A DNA stretch of 64,000 bases from Syntrophales bacterium (GCA_963662405.2 CAXXKT010000001.1:2624001-2688000), one strand, 5' to 3'; positions 51,164-60,251 are shown, numbered from the stretch's first letter. Made by a program: numbers and translations. Notes: a model not told the origin generated them from the letters alone.

Positions 51164-52723
51164 ATGAAAACTCTAAAATTACGAGATCTTCAGATAGGTA
51201 ATATTGATGCAAAAAATGAGCTTCTCACTGGTTCAGAACAAGAAATTGATTTTTTCCGCAAGGGCTTCTGTCTTCCACCTAATATAGTGCTCCAGGATTT
51301 TTTAGGTTCAAAAAAATATTATGTGACAGGCTTAAAGGGAATCGGAAAAACAGCACTCTTAAGATATATAGCACTTGAAGCTGAAAGACAGTTTGGTGCC
51401 ACATGTTCATTTATCTTGTTTAAGAGCGATGTAAAAGAGCAAGATCGTAAAGACATCTGTCGCGTCGCTAGGGCCGAATTAATTGAAAAAAATCTCGAAG
51501 ATTATGATGGAAATGATTTTGAAGTTGTTTGGAAATGGTTTTTGCATAGAAAGATAGTTGATACTATTCGAGAATGTAATTTAAAGTTATTTCAAGATGA
51601 CGACAATTTTAGAAAATATGAGAAGTGTGTAACCGCTCCAAAACTTGATGAAAAATCATCCGGGATTAAACGACTAATACCCAACCTAAAAAAGGGTTCT
51701 ATAGAAATTAGTGAAAATCCGAAGATTGGTTTGGATTTTGATTGGGAGGATAAAGGTAAAACTCGTGTTAAGTTTCATAGTCTAACCAAACAAGCTGATC
51801 AACTTTTTCAGGAATTAAGGCCAGCAGATGGACACCTTCGTCTGTTTTTAGATGAATTGGAATTAAGCTTAGGCTCCCAAAAACAGTATAAAAGAGATGC
51901 AACCCTGATCAGAGATTTGATTATAGCTGTTGAGCAAATCAATTCAGTTGCAAAAAAAATGAGATATAACTTAACCATCTATGCTGGAATTCGTTCTGAA
52001 GTTCTTTCCGCAATTGAATCAGTCGGTAAAGAAATAAACAAAATTATTGGTGATTTCGGAAGCCAAATTGTATGGCATCAGTCCGGTTCTGATAATGAAA
52101 ACCACCCGTTGCTCAACATCATTGTTCAGAGAATATCTATCTCGGAAAACACTAATAAATCAGAGCGTGGCAACCTAAAATCTATAATTTGGAATAAATA
52201 TTTTCCAATATCAATTCAGGGAATTAAGTCCGAGAAATATATCCTTCACAATTCATGGTATCGACCTAGGGATATGGTTCGACTTCTTAATCTGGCAAGG
52301 GATCAATTCCCTGATGTAAGTGGGTTCACTCAAAGAGTTTTCGATGGAACACGAAAGCAATACAGTCAAGAAAGCTGGATAGAATTAGCAGAGGAATTAA
52401 GTGTCAAATATTCTCAACAAGAATTAGTCGCCATTCAACAGATATTCAATGGATATAAAAGAGAATTTTCTTTTATAGACCTTCAGGGTCATATCGAAAA
52501 AAGGCGGAAATTATATCCTGCTGTTGATAAGGCTCTGGTATCACATGCAATTGGCGAAATATTAACTGATTTATACAATATTGGATTTGTAGGTAATGTA
52601 ATTTACTCGGGTAGGAGAGGAATTAGTCCTAAAATGCGCTTTAGCTTTAGAGGTGATCCCAATTTGATTATAGAAGAAAAGATCACTGTACATAAAGGTT
52701 TGTATTCCTTTTTTACATTATGA
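51164..52723 (+). CDS. Gene cassette: P-loop ATPase (Sll1717/FunZ-like)
   Basis: G..DA..E, GLKGIGKT, FLDELE, RPRD. Confidence 0.75.
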   Translation: MKTLKLRDLQIGNIDAKNELLTGSEQEIDFFRKGFCLPPNIVLQDFLGSKKYYVTGLKGIGKTALLRYIALEAERQFGATCSFILFKSDVKEQDRKDICRVARAELIEKNLEDYDGNDFEVVWKWFLHRKIVDTIRECNLKLFQDDDNFRKYEKCVTAPKLDEKSSGIKRLIPNLKKGSIEISENPKIGLDFDWEDKGKTRVKFHSLTKQADQLFQELRPADGHLRLFLDELELSLGSQKQYKRDATLIRDLIIAVEQINSVAKKMRYNLTIYAGIRSEVLSAIESVGKEINKIIGDFGSQIVWHQSGSDNENHPLLNIIVQRISISENTNKSERGNLKSIIWNKYFPISIQGIKSEKYILHNSWYRPRDMVRLLNLARDQFPDVSGFTQRVFDGTRKQYSQESWIELAEELSVKYSQQELVAIQQIFNGYKREFSFIDLQGHIEKRRKLYPAVDKALVSHAIGEILTDLYNIGFVGNVIYSGRRGISPKMRFSFRGDPNLIIEEKITVHKGLYSFFTL

Positions 52724-52734
52724 GTGTAAAAAAT

Positions 52735-52807
52735 GTCGAACATCAGCTTGGAGAAGGATACTCATTACGCTGCGCTTCATTCGCACCTCTCAAGCTGGGC
52801 GTGAGAT
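52735..52807 (+). other. attC site with mutated R' (GTG)
   Basis: GTCGAAC..CAGCTTGGAGAAGG..CCTCTCAAGCTG..GTGAGAT. Confidence 0.85.
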
Positions 52808-52820
52808 TTCGGAGGAAGAT

Positions 52821-53150
52821 ATGGCACTACCTAGCTATAAGGATATCGTCGAACTCCTTAAGAAGGGAGCAACGATTGAGGCTCAAGAAAAGATTATGGA
52901 GCTCCGCGAAGCAGCTCTTGCGCTTCAAGAGGAGAACATTAATTTAAAAAACAAGGTCTTGGAGCTCCAGGGAAAAGTTCGTAAATTAGAATCATTTGAA
53001 GGTGAGCCATGTCCTAAATGTCGAAAACCAGCTTGGGTTGTGGAGTCAAGCAAGCCGGACAGTACGCTTGGTGACCTAGGTGTTATCCGTCGAGTTTATC
53101 GCTGCACTGAATGCGGGTTCTCCGAATCACAATTGGTGACGCCAAAATGA
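52821..53150 (+). CDS. Gene cassette: coiled-coil + Zn-ribbon small protein
   Basis: Heptads then CPKC..CTEC; GGAGG RBS. Confidence 0.75.
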   Translation: MALPSYKDIVELLKKGATIEAQEKIMELREAALALQEENINLKNKVLELQGKVRKLESFEGEPCPKCRKPAWVVESSKPDSTLGDLGVIRRVYRCTECGFSESQLVTPK

Positions 53151-53151
53151 A

Positions 53152-53214
53152 ATCTAACCCCACGGTCAATCGGGACGCGCCAAAAGCGGCGCGCCCCTTA
53201 CCTTCACGTTAGGC
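53152..53214 (+). other. attC site
   Basis: ATCTAAC..GGGACGCGCC..GGCGCGCCCC..GTTAGGC. Confidence 0.88.
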
Positions 53215-53439
53215 TAAATTTTAAGTCTCATGCAATTATTACTTAATGTTAGCGTATTTTGACCCGATTATGCGAATCCAGTTTGTCGGTTACAATTGAA
53301 ATGGCAATGATCACACGGTTATTGTTGCCGCCGTGGCATGCCTTGCTGTTTGGCAATTTTTGGATAAGCAGGAAAAGGCAACCGTCACAGATGGTGGGCA
53401 ATAATCGATAAAATAGCGTATAGCCAAGCTTGGCGGAAT

Positions 53440-55935
53440 ATGAGTAACGATTTAATAAGAAACAACCATTACGTCCCTATTTGGTATCAAAAGAATTTCT
53501 TATCTTCAAAGAAAGCGGCTTTCCATTACCTCAACCTTTATCCGGATAAAATTGAATTACCTAACGGCAAAGTAAATTTTAAAAATCAGATATGTTGGCC
53601 ATTCTCTCCTAAACAGTGTTTCTATCAAACTGATTTATACACGACTTCTTTTCTGGGTTATCGAAACGACGAAATCGAACGTTACCTTTTTGGTAAAATA
53701 GATAGCGATGGATCAATAGCCATTAAAGCATTAATGGACCTGAATTATCGTTTATTCCATGACTACTTTCTCAAAGTTTTTGAATACATGGATATTCAAA
53801 AGCTTAGAACACCCAAAGGACTAACATGGTTAAGTCAAAAGTTTTCAATGATTACCCATAATCAGCTTTTGTTTGAGATGCAGAAGATACGAAGGCTGCA
53901 TTGTACATTATGGGCAGAAGCTGTGAAAGAAATTGTTTTGGCCAATAATTCCAAGATAAAGTTTATCGTGTCCGACCATCCAGTGACAGTCTATAATGCG
54001 GCTTGTCCGCCCAACTCAACTGAATGCAAATATCCAAACGACCCTAGAATTGAAATGCAGGGAACACAAACGATTTTCCCTCTGGATTCCAATCGATGTC
54101 TAATTTTAACAAATTTGGATTATGCTAAAAACCCCAGTTTGCAGAACCTTAAAAAATATAGACCAAATCCAAATCCTTTTCGAAACACAATGATCAGATA
54201 TGATAACATCATTAATGAGAGAGAATTATCAGAAGATGATGTTGCGCATATCAACTGGATAATTAAGTCTCGCGCATCACAATATTTAGCTGCCGAAGAA
54301 AAGGAGTGGCTATTCCCAGAAAACAGGGTTTGTCCCGATTGGGCCAAATGCGGTCAAGTGCTAATACCTCCCAGTAATAAGCTTTATAAATTTGGAGGTG
54401 AGATATACGTTGGATACGAAGATGGTTCATCTGCATACTTTGACCAATATGGACGAAGAGAACCAGAATCGGAATTTTTAAGGAAAAAGCAAAAAGCTGG
54501 AAAAATAGGAGCAAATGACCCTTGCCCATGCGGAAGCGGAAAAAAATATAAGAAATGTTGCAGAGATAAACCTGTTGATGAACGGCCCGCCAGTGACGTT
54601 CTAAGTATTCGTGAGCGCAACCTATTTTTTCTCGACATCGTTACAGGAATTTTGGGGGTGAATAGGAGCGGAGACTTAGACTGGGATGAGCTACGTAGAA
54701 ATTTAACCAATGAAAAAATTGCAGAGATATATAAGGCGGTCGCAGCATTATGGCCGCCATCTACTGATTTATTTGCACTTCTCCCAAGACCAGACTCTAA
54801 TGTCCTGAGAGCTTTGTTTACAGGTATAATTGACCCACGTGTGACGTATATAAGCATGGCCTGTTTTTCCTTTTATGCAGACGAGATTTTAGTTCAAAGT
54901 CCTTTTGCAAACCCACACAACATGAGGGAAGAATTTAATCCTATAAAAAACCCTGGGAAATATAGGGATGAAACAATAAAAAACCTGTTTTTCTTATTTT
55001 TAATAATTCCGTGGATTGAAATTGGCGTGATTAATTTATTCCCAGACCCGTGGAATTTTAATTTCGCATTGATGGAGACCGTTATGGAGGCAGCTGAAAA
55101 AAGGAAAGATTCGATAACCTTCGATGAAAAATCATTCAAACAAATGGAAAAATTGTTCTTTGAAGACTATAAACGAACTTTATTCACAATGCCGGATAAA
55201 AACCTTCGGGCTTTTATTCGCCATACATCTCAAGACCTCTCAGAAGAAGAAATATCTAAGCTTATCGAATATACTAAACGAATGAATGCTCAAGATCCGC
55301 TTGTGGATCTGAATCCTGATAAGCCAGGAAAAGAATCAAGCCAGATGCTAATATCACGCACAACTCCAAACATGGAAATGACAATGCTTCTGGCACAAGC
55401 AACTGGTTCAATGATAATAACAGACAATTCTTTCAGGTGGTTTGAAATATGCTCATCAATTCCTTACTACTATGGCCTCAGCAAAAACCCCTGGGCTAAA
55501 TTTGAAACCTTCGCATCTGATTATCCTGTTCAGTTTCCATTGATCGTTGAACAACTATCCCACATGCAGGAGCTAAAGAAATCAGAATTCATGTCTGTAA
55601 AGAGGGTGCTAAAACGATTGTGGAATTCCATTAATGCGGATCAGGCACCAGATAATGCTCAGATTGATCATTTGCAAGAGGAGTTTGATATCGCTCAAGA
55701 GGTAATGTCTAAATCAATCGAAAAATTGGTCCAAAAAGGTGAAAAGGCTACCGACACATCTCCTTACCCAAGGCCAATGAACATAGACGCAAAATTGAGT
55801 TGCAAAATATCACCGATTGGGCATATCAATAATTTGGTATATCGATTATTGATAAGCTATGCGGGACATGATAAGTACCTTAAATCGCTTCCATTGTCTC
55901 TGTATGTAGAATATGGAAACAAGGAGAGAGCCTAA
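53440..55935 (+). CDS. Gene cassette: DUF4238 + SEC-C motif protein
   Basis: HYVP.WY..F, SDHPV, GANDPCPCGSGKKYKKCC. Confidence 0.8.
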   Translation: MSNDLIRNNHYVPIWYQKNFLSSKKAAFHYLNLYPDKIELPNGKVNFKNQICWPFSPKQCFYQTDLYTTSFLGYRNDEIERYLFGKIDSDGSIAIKALMDLNYRLFHDYFLKVFEYMDIQKLRTPKGLTWLSQKFSMITHNQLLFEMQKIRRLHCTLWAEAVKEIVLANNSKIKFIVSDHPVTVYNAACPPNSTECKYPNDPRIEMQGTQTIFPLDSNRCLILTNLDYAKNPSLQNLKKYRPNPNPFRNTMIRYDNIINERELSEDDVAHINWIIKSRASQYLAAEEKEWLFPENRVCPDWAKCGQVLIPPSNKLYKFGGEIYVGYEDGSSAYFDQYGRREPESEFLRKKQKAGKIGANDPCPCGSGKKYKKCCRDKPVDERPASDVLSIRERNLFFLDIVTGILGVNRSGDLDWDELRRNLTNEKIAEIYKAVAALWPPSTDLFALLPRPDSNVLRALFTGIIDPRVTYISMACFSFYADEILVQSPFANPHNMREEFNPIKNPGKYRDETIKNLFFLFLIIPWIEIGVINLFPDPWNFNFALMETVMEAAEKRKDSITFDEKSFKQMEKLFFEDYKRTLFTMPDKNLRAFIRHTSQDLSEEEISKLIEYTKRMNAQDPLVDLNPDKPGKESSQMLISRTTPNMEMTMLLAQATGSMIITDNSFRWFEICSSIPYYYGLSKNPWAKFETFASDYPVQFPLIVEQLSHMQELKKSEFMSVKRVLKRLWNSINADQAPDNAQIDHLQEEFDIAQEVMSKSIEKLVQKGEKATDTSPYPRPMNIDAKLSCKISPIGHINNLVYRLLISYAGHDKYLKSLPLSLYVEYGNKERA

Positions 55936-56002
55936 CATCAGCTTGGAGAAGGATACTCATTTCGCTGCGCTCCACTCGCACCTCTCAAGCTGCGCGTTAC
56001 TG
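55930..56002 (+). other. attC site
   Basis: GCCTAAC..GTTACTG; near-identical to 52735-52807. Confidence 0.9.
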
Positions 56003-56060
56003 ATTACGAAAAGAAATATACTATCATTCGGTCCCAATTGGTTCCCTTGAGTACAGGAAG
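55996..56060 (+). repeat. Module leader copy G (5' fragment only)
   Basis: GTTACTGATTAC with TACAGGAAG 56 bp later, as in copies A and F. Confidence 0.6.
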
Positions 56061-56476
56061 CAGTGCTTGCCATACTTTCCACTCTCACTACCCCCTTCCC
56101 ACCAGACCATCAAACAGCCCCTTCACCCTGGGCCTCAACGCCTCATACTCTTCCAGGAAAAATTCTTTCTTCGTCTTCCCTAGGTAGCGACCCTTCTTCG
56201 TGTGAATGTCGAATGGCTGCGGTTATCTGGTATTTTTCCAACAAGATTAAAGCTCACCTGAGAGGAAACCCAACGCCGCCGTGTCTACCGCTCAGAATTG
56301 CTCAGGTTGTGACAAAATGAAAAACGAGGGGGAAGATATCAGTTCCATGGGTAAAAGTCTTAGAGGGCCTCTTTTTCGAAAAATCCTAAACCGGGGACAC
56401 CCCCCGGGGACGGGAAAGGAGCGGGTGGGTTGTTTCCCCATTGTAGCGCCCCCGGGGGAGTATCCTTCCGGCAATA

Positions 56477-57016
56477 TCAGAAGGGCCTTATCCGGTTCAT
56501 AATCTCCTTGCTTTCAAGATACATCATATTGTCCCGTGTAACCGGAACATTCATTTCCCGGCCAACATCACGAATCGCATTTTCGATCGCGATGATTTCA
56601 GCACCAAGATCGTCAAGGCGCCGATTAAAAATCTCCTCTTGGGATCGCCGATACCTCGCGACTATTGTGTGAAGATCCCGTTTTAGATCCTCTTCAATCG
56701 GGTTGGCCTGTGTTTCCAGATCGGGGAGAATATCGTCTGATATTTCAGTAACCCACCGTTCCACACTTTGGAGACTTGCTGTTAGGCGTATCTCTTCCTG
56801 ATGCAAAGCCTCCGGATCGTTACCTTTGAGGATTGCATTTTTCATTTCGCCACGAACCTTCCTCAGCTCTTCCGTCAGTGCTTTCTTCTTTGCCTCAGCT
56901 TCTGCCAGATGCTTCCGTGCATTGCCTTCCTGCTTCCTCAGGCTTTCCCGCGTTTTGAGAAGGTTGTTAAATTCCTTATTCCCACCGATGATCTCTTTCA
57001 ATTTGTTTTGGTTCAT
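56477..57016 (-). CDS. Coiled-coil satellite protein
   Basis: AAGGAG RBS; heptad repeats. Confidence 0.7.
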   Translation of the reverse strand: MNQNKLKEIIGGNKEFNNLLKTRESLRKQEGNARKHLAEAEAKKKALTEELRKVRGEMKNAILKGNDPEALHQEEIRLTASLQSVERWVTEISDDILPDLETQANPIEEDLKRDLHTIVARYRRSQEEIFNRRLDDLGAEIIAIENAIRDVGREMNVPVTRDNMMYLESKEIMNRIRPF

Positions 57017-57047
57017 GTGTCATTGCTCCTTTAATTTAGTAGTTTGA

Positions 57048-57326
57048 TTATTTAGCCGCTACGGCCATGTTGTGCTGATCGTGATACTTCTCAAAAACGA
57101 GCGGGAGCACATCTTCCCCGCCGGCGGCGATCCGGTCTTGATACTTTGCATACAGTCCGGGATATCGCTTCCGGGCTTCAAGAAGGGCATCTTGCCGGGA
57201 CATACCCCGTCCGTAAAAATGCCCAACGGCGATTTCATAGAATTCATGTTCTCCGCCCTGAACTTTCCATTTCTGGTACATCTCCTTGACTGCTTCGTTT
57301 AGTGTATTCCTTTCCCTGTCATTCAT
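57048..57326 (-). CDS. Satellite hypothetical protein
   Basis: GGAGG RBS before MNDRER. Confidence 0.6.
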   Translation of the reverse strand: MNDRERNTLNEAVKEMYQKWKVQGGEHEFYEIAVGHFYGRGMSRQDALLEARKRYPGLYAKYQDRIAAGGEDVLPLVFEKYHDQHNMAVAAK

Positions 57327-57340
57327 GTCTCTCCACCTCC

Positions 57341-57721
57341 TTAAGGGTTTATGTGCTCTCGAATTAAGGCCGCTATAACGCGGGACAAATCTTGATAGTC
57401 CTGGTTTTCTTTTTGAAAGGTTTGCACCTCCGGCAATAGAGCGCTGGCATCTCTGTACTTTTTCGGATTCAAATGCTGTGCAAATGCAATACAAATTCCC
57501 GCGTTGTATGAGGTAAGCAACCCGTGGATCTCATCGGGTGGGTTTGTTTTGTAATTTTGAAGCCAATCCCAGCATTCATCAGGGTCAAAAAGCCATGCAA
57601 CACCGCGGCCTCCTTTAACCCGGTACGGCATGCCCGCCCGGAGATATCTGTTAAGCGTGAACATGGAACATTCCAGTTCGTCGCACAAATGCTGCTTGTT
57701 CATTAACCCTTCAGTTTCCAT
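57341..57721 (-). CDS. Nu1-like (terminase small subunit DNA-binding domain) protein
   Basis: MNKQHL...T...Y...GMP...GG.G....FD......W parallels lambda gpNu1 N-terminus. Confidence 0.75.
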   Translation of the reverse strand: METEGLMNKQHLCDELECSMFTLNRYLRAGMPYRVKGGRGVAWLFDPDECWDWLQNYKTNPPDEIHGLLTSYNAGICIAFAQHLNPKKYRDASALLPEVQTFQKENQDYQDLSRVIAALIREHINP

Positions 57722-57850
57722 GAGAAGTAAGCTCCTTTCCCTCTGTGATTTTTTCAGACGCGAGGTTTCCAGGGAAAAAATGTTTTTTTATCCCCCCACA
57801 GATATTATGATTTGCAAGGGGTTAAAAATTGTTCTGTACCTAGGTGAAAA

Positions 57851-57902
57851 TCGGGGGTCTGTGCTCCGTATAGGACCCCTTATCCCAGGAAGGACCCGTA
57901 AA
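57851..57902 (-). other. Lambda-like cos site of element 2
   Basis: TTTACGGGTCCTTCC-..-TACGGAGCACAGACCCCCG just upstream of Nu1-like gene. Confidence 0.7.
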
Positions 57903-57995
57903 ATAATGACCCGACAATTCTGATTGTGAAACCCATGCAAAAAGCCCCGGCAGCGTACAGAAGTAGTTCAATCGCTGTTTTCATTTTTCCCCCAC

Positions 57996-59600
57996 TCATC
58001 GATACCAGTTCCCAGCCCTTACGAATCTGTAACCTTGGTGAACTTCAAAATTGATCTTGTTCAGTGACGGCATCGGGTCCGCCTCTCGGAAGCGATTCTT
58101 CACAATTTCAAATTTCCCCCACTCCAAGGAAAGGGCAAGAGTAGCGGCCTTGATAGAGTACACGCCCCCGGTCCCCATCGTTGCACCTGGTTTCTTCTGA
58201 ATCGTTATGAGAGCAGTTCCCTTGTTCAGTCGTCGGATAATGGCACTGATGACACCATGGATATTGAAAGCTCGTTCCCCTTCGGGTTCCAAATAATCAA
58301 CAACGTTGAATGCATCCGGTTGGATCTTATCGGCAATGTTGTTGAAGTCCCATTGATCGATAACTTTCATTCCCTTTGCCCACTCTTCAATGGGAATGGG
58401 GAAATGGGAGAGCTTTTGTTTCAATGCTTCCGGTCCCATCTCGCTGTTGAAATAGTAGGTGGGAAATTCCTTCATGTTCGAGGCAATGGCATTAAAGGCA
58501 AAGAGGGTCTTTCCCATACCCGATACACCGGCAACCACAATGACACCCTTCGGAAAGATCTTGGTCTTGTTGTGAAGTCCCAGAGGGAGAGACAGGTTTA
58601 CTGAGTTCCCGATATCGGCATTGAGAAAATCCATGAACTCGATATCGCGTTCAATACGTCGATAGCATCCGCGCCGGTTTCCATGTTTTTCAAGAAGCGG
58701 TTCCGGTCCCTCGCAAAGGCGTTTTAAAGCCATGTGTGCCGCTTGCATTTCTGATCTTGTTGACAGTTGTAACTCTTTGTTGACATCTGTTGACGTGAAG
58801 TTGCCATTTGTTGACAACACCCATTCACGAATTTCAGCGGTAATATTTCGATCGCGTTTTTCAGATCGCTTCAATGCGCTCTCAATCTTTGCACTGATTT
58901 CTATTTCCGGGAATGGTGGTGTACAGTTATTGGCAAGGATATAAAGGACTTGTTTGATGAACTGAAGCTCACCGCCACCTTTTATGAGCAGATTTGCAGC
59001 GTGGAAAAGGTCATCATCGCGGGTCCCTTGATGAAAATATTTGTTGACAGCGTTGACATTGTTGACTTGCGTTGACTCCTGAAAATTGCCCTTATATATA
59101 TTAAAAGATTTTATATTATATAGGGCATCGGGGCACGGTGCTGTTTCCACTTCAAAGATGCTCAGGGCATTCAGCCAGGCATACCGTTGGCCGGTGCCAT
59201 TAACGGAAGGGGGAGCAATGATATAACCTCCCTCACCTCGAACATCAACACCCGGCATAATGCCCGCGGCATTGCCGATGTGCTCCCCCTTCGGATAGAC
59301 AAGATAGATGTGATAGCCTCTCGGGGTTTTTGCGATACACGTTATGAAATTGTCCGGTAAGAGCTCTTGAATCTTCCTGTACGCTTCCTCATTATCGCAG
59401 TCGATAACCAGCACCCCGGATAGCGGACCGGTTACAATCCCGATCATTGCTTTTGGCCATTTTCCCCACCATTGCCTGATCTCTTCCGGTGTTGCTTTCT
59501 TGGTTTGATAGTCGGTCCAGGGGATGTACGGTTTTTTGTCCGGTCTGACAGGTATAACGGACAGTCCAAGATTTTCATATTTGAGGGCATGGCTTAACAT
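57996..59600 (-). CDS. Bifunctional primase/polymerase with C-terminal RecA/DnaB-like helicase
   Basis: K.P, IGIVTG, VIDCD, TPRGYH, DVRGEGGY..APPS, GVSGMGKT. Confidence 0.88.
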   Translation of the reverse strand: MLSHALKYENLGLSVIPVRPDKKPYIPWTDYQTKKATPEEIRQWWGKWPKAMIGIVTGPLSGVLVIDCDNEEAYRKIQELLPDNFITCIAKTPRGYHIYLVYPKGEHIGNAAGIMPGVDVRGEGGYIIAPPSVNGTGQRYAWLNALSIFEVETAPCPDALYNIKSFNIYKGNFQESTQVNNVNAVNKYFHQGTRDDDLFHAANLLIKGGGELQFIKQVLYILANNCTPPFPEIEISAKIESALKRSEKRDRNITAEIREWVLSTNGNFTSTDVNKELQLSTRSEMQAAHMALKRLCEGPEPLLEKHGNRRGCYRRIERDIEFMDFLNADIGNSVNLSLPLGLHNKTKIFPKGVIVVAGVSGMGKTLFAFNAIASNMKEFPTYYFNSEMGPEALKQKLSHFPIPIEEWAKGMKVIDQWDFNNIADKIQPDAFNVVDYLEPEGERAFNIHGVISAIIRRLNKGTALITIQKKPGATMGTGGVYSIKAATLALSLEWGKFEIVKNRFREADPMPSLNKINFEVHQGYRFVRAGNWYR

Positions 59601-59836
59601 CGAAATCCCCCACCGGCCAATTCAGCTAGGATTATTTTTTCGACTCGTTCCTGCACATCGTCTCCCTTGGAACACTCGGCACACAAGCAATATCTCAGAA
59701 TCCGCGTCTTACCCTTTGTCGCTCCCCAGGATTCAGGATCTTTGGGCACGAAGATTCCGACTATTGCCGGGGGTCCCCCACAGAGGAGGCAAAAATCATC
59801 GGGAAATGGTTTTTGTAGTTTCCGGTGTCCTATCAT
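59594..59836 (-). CDS. Small Zn-finger protein
   Basis: CLLC..LCAEC; overlaps neighbours. Confidence 0.6.
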   Translation of the reverse strand: MIGHRKLQKPFPDDFCLLCGGPPAIVGIFVPKDPESWGATKGKTRILRYCLCAECSKGDDVQERVEKIILAELAGGGFRC

Positions 59837-60048
59837 CGTTTTGCCTCCGCGTAGGCAACCAGCCTATCCACCAGCAACGACGGCAACCGGGAGTAGGGAA
59901 GAAAGGTCAAGAGTCCCGCGATCCGAAAGGCCAGCTTCGCTCTCCTGGAATCCCGATTCGCCGTTATTGTTTTCCCCCGATGGAGAGCGGCACCGTATTC
60001 AGAATCAGTGAGAATGATTATCCCGTCGTTTGTTGGGATGCGCTTCAT
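59833..60048 (-). CDS. Satellite hypothetical protein
   Basis: ATGA overlaps with both neighbours. Confidence 0.5.
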   Translation of the reverse strand: MKRIPTNDGIIILTDSEYGAALHRGKTITANRDSRRAKLAFRIAGLLTFLPYSRLPSLLVDRLVAYAEAKR

Positions 60049-60251
60049 GGCCGTTCCTCGATACTGTCCATGGTTTTTACCGGATTCGAAAAAAGCCATG
60101 CTTCAAATTGATCGACACGGTACAAAATCTTTCCATATACTCGAAGGTAAGGAGGCCCCTTCTTTTGACTTCTGTAATTCGCCAGGGTTCCCAGATTCAA
60201 ATTGTAAAACTCCGCTGCTTGCCGTGGTGTGATCGTCCTGCTCTGCATCAT
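60045..60251 (-). CDS. Excisionase/AlpA-like HTH protein
   Basis: TPRQAAE..TLANYR..GP.Y.R..KILY; GGAGG RBS. Confidence 0.8.
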   Translation of the reverse strand: MMQSRTITPRQAAEFYNLNLGTLANYRSQKKGPPYLRVYGKILYRVDQFEAWLFSNPVKTMDSIEERP

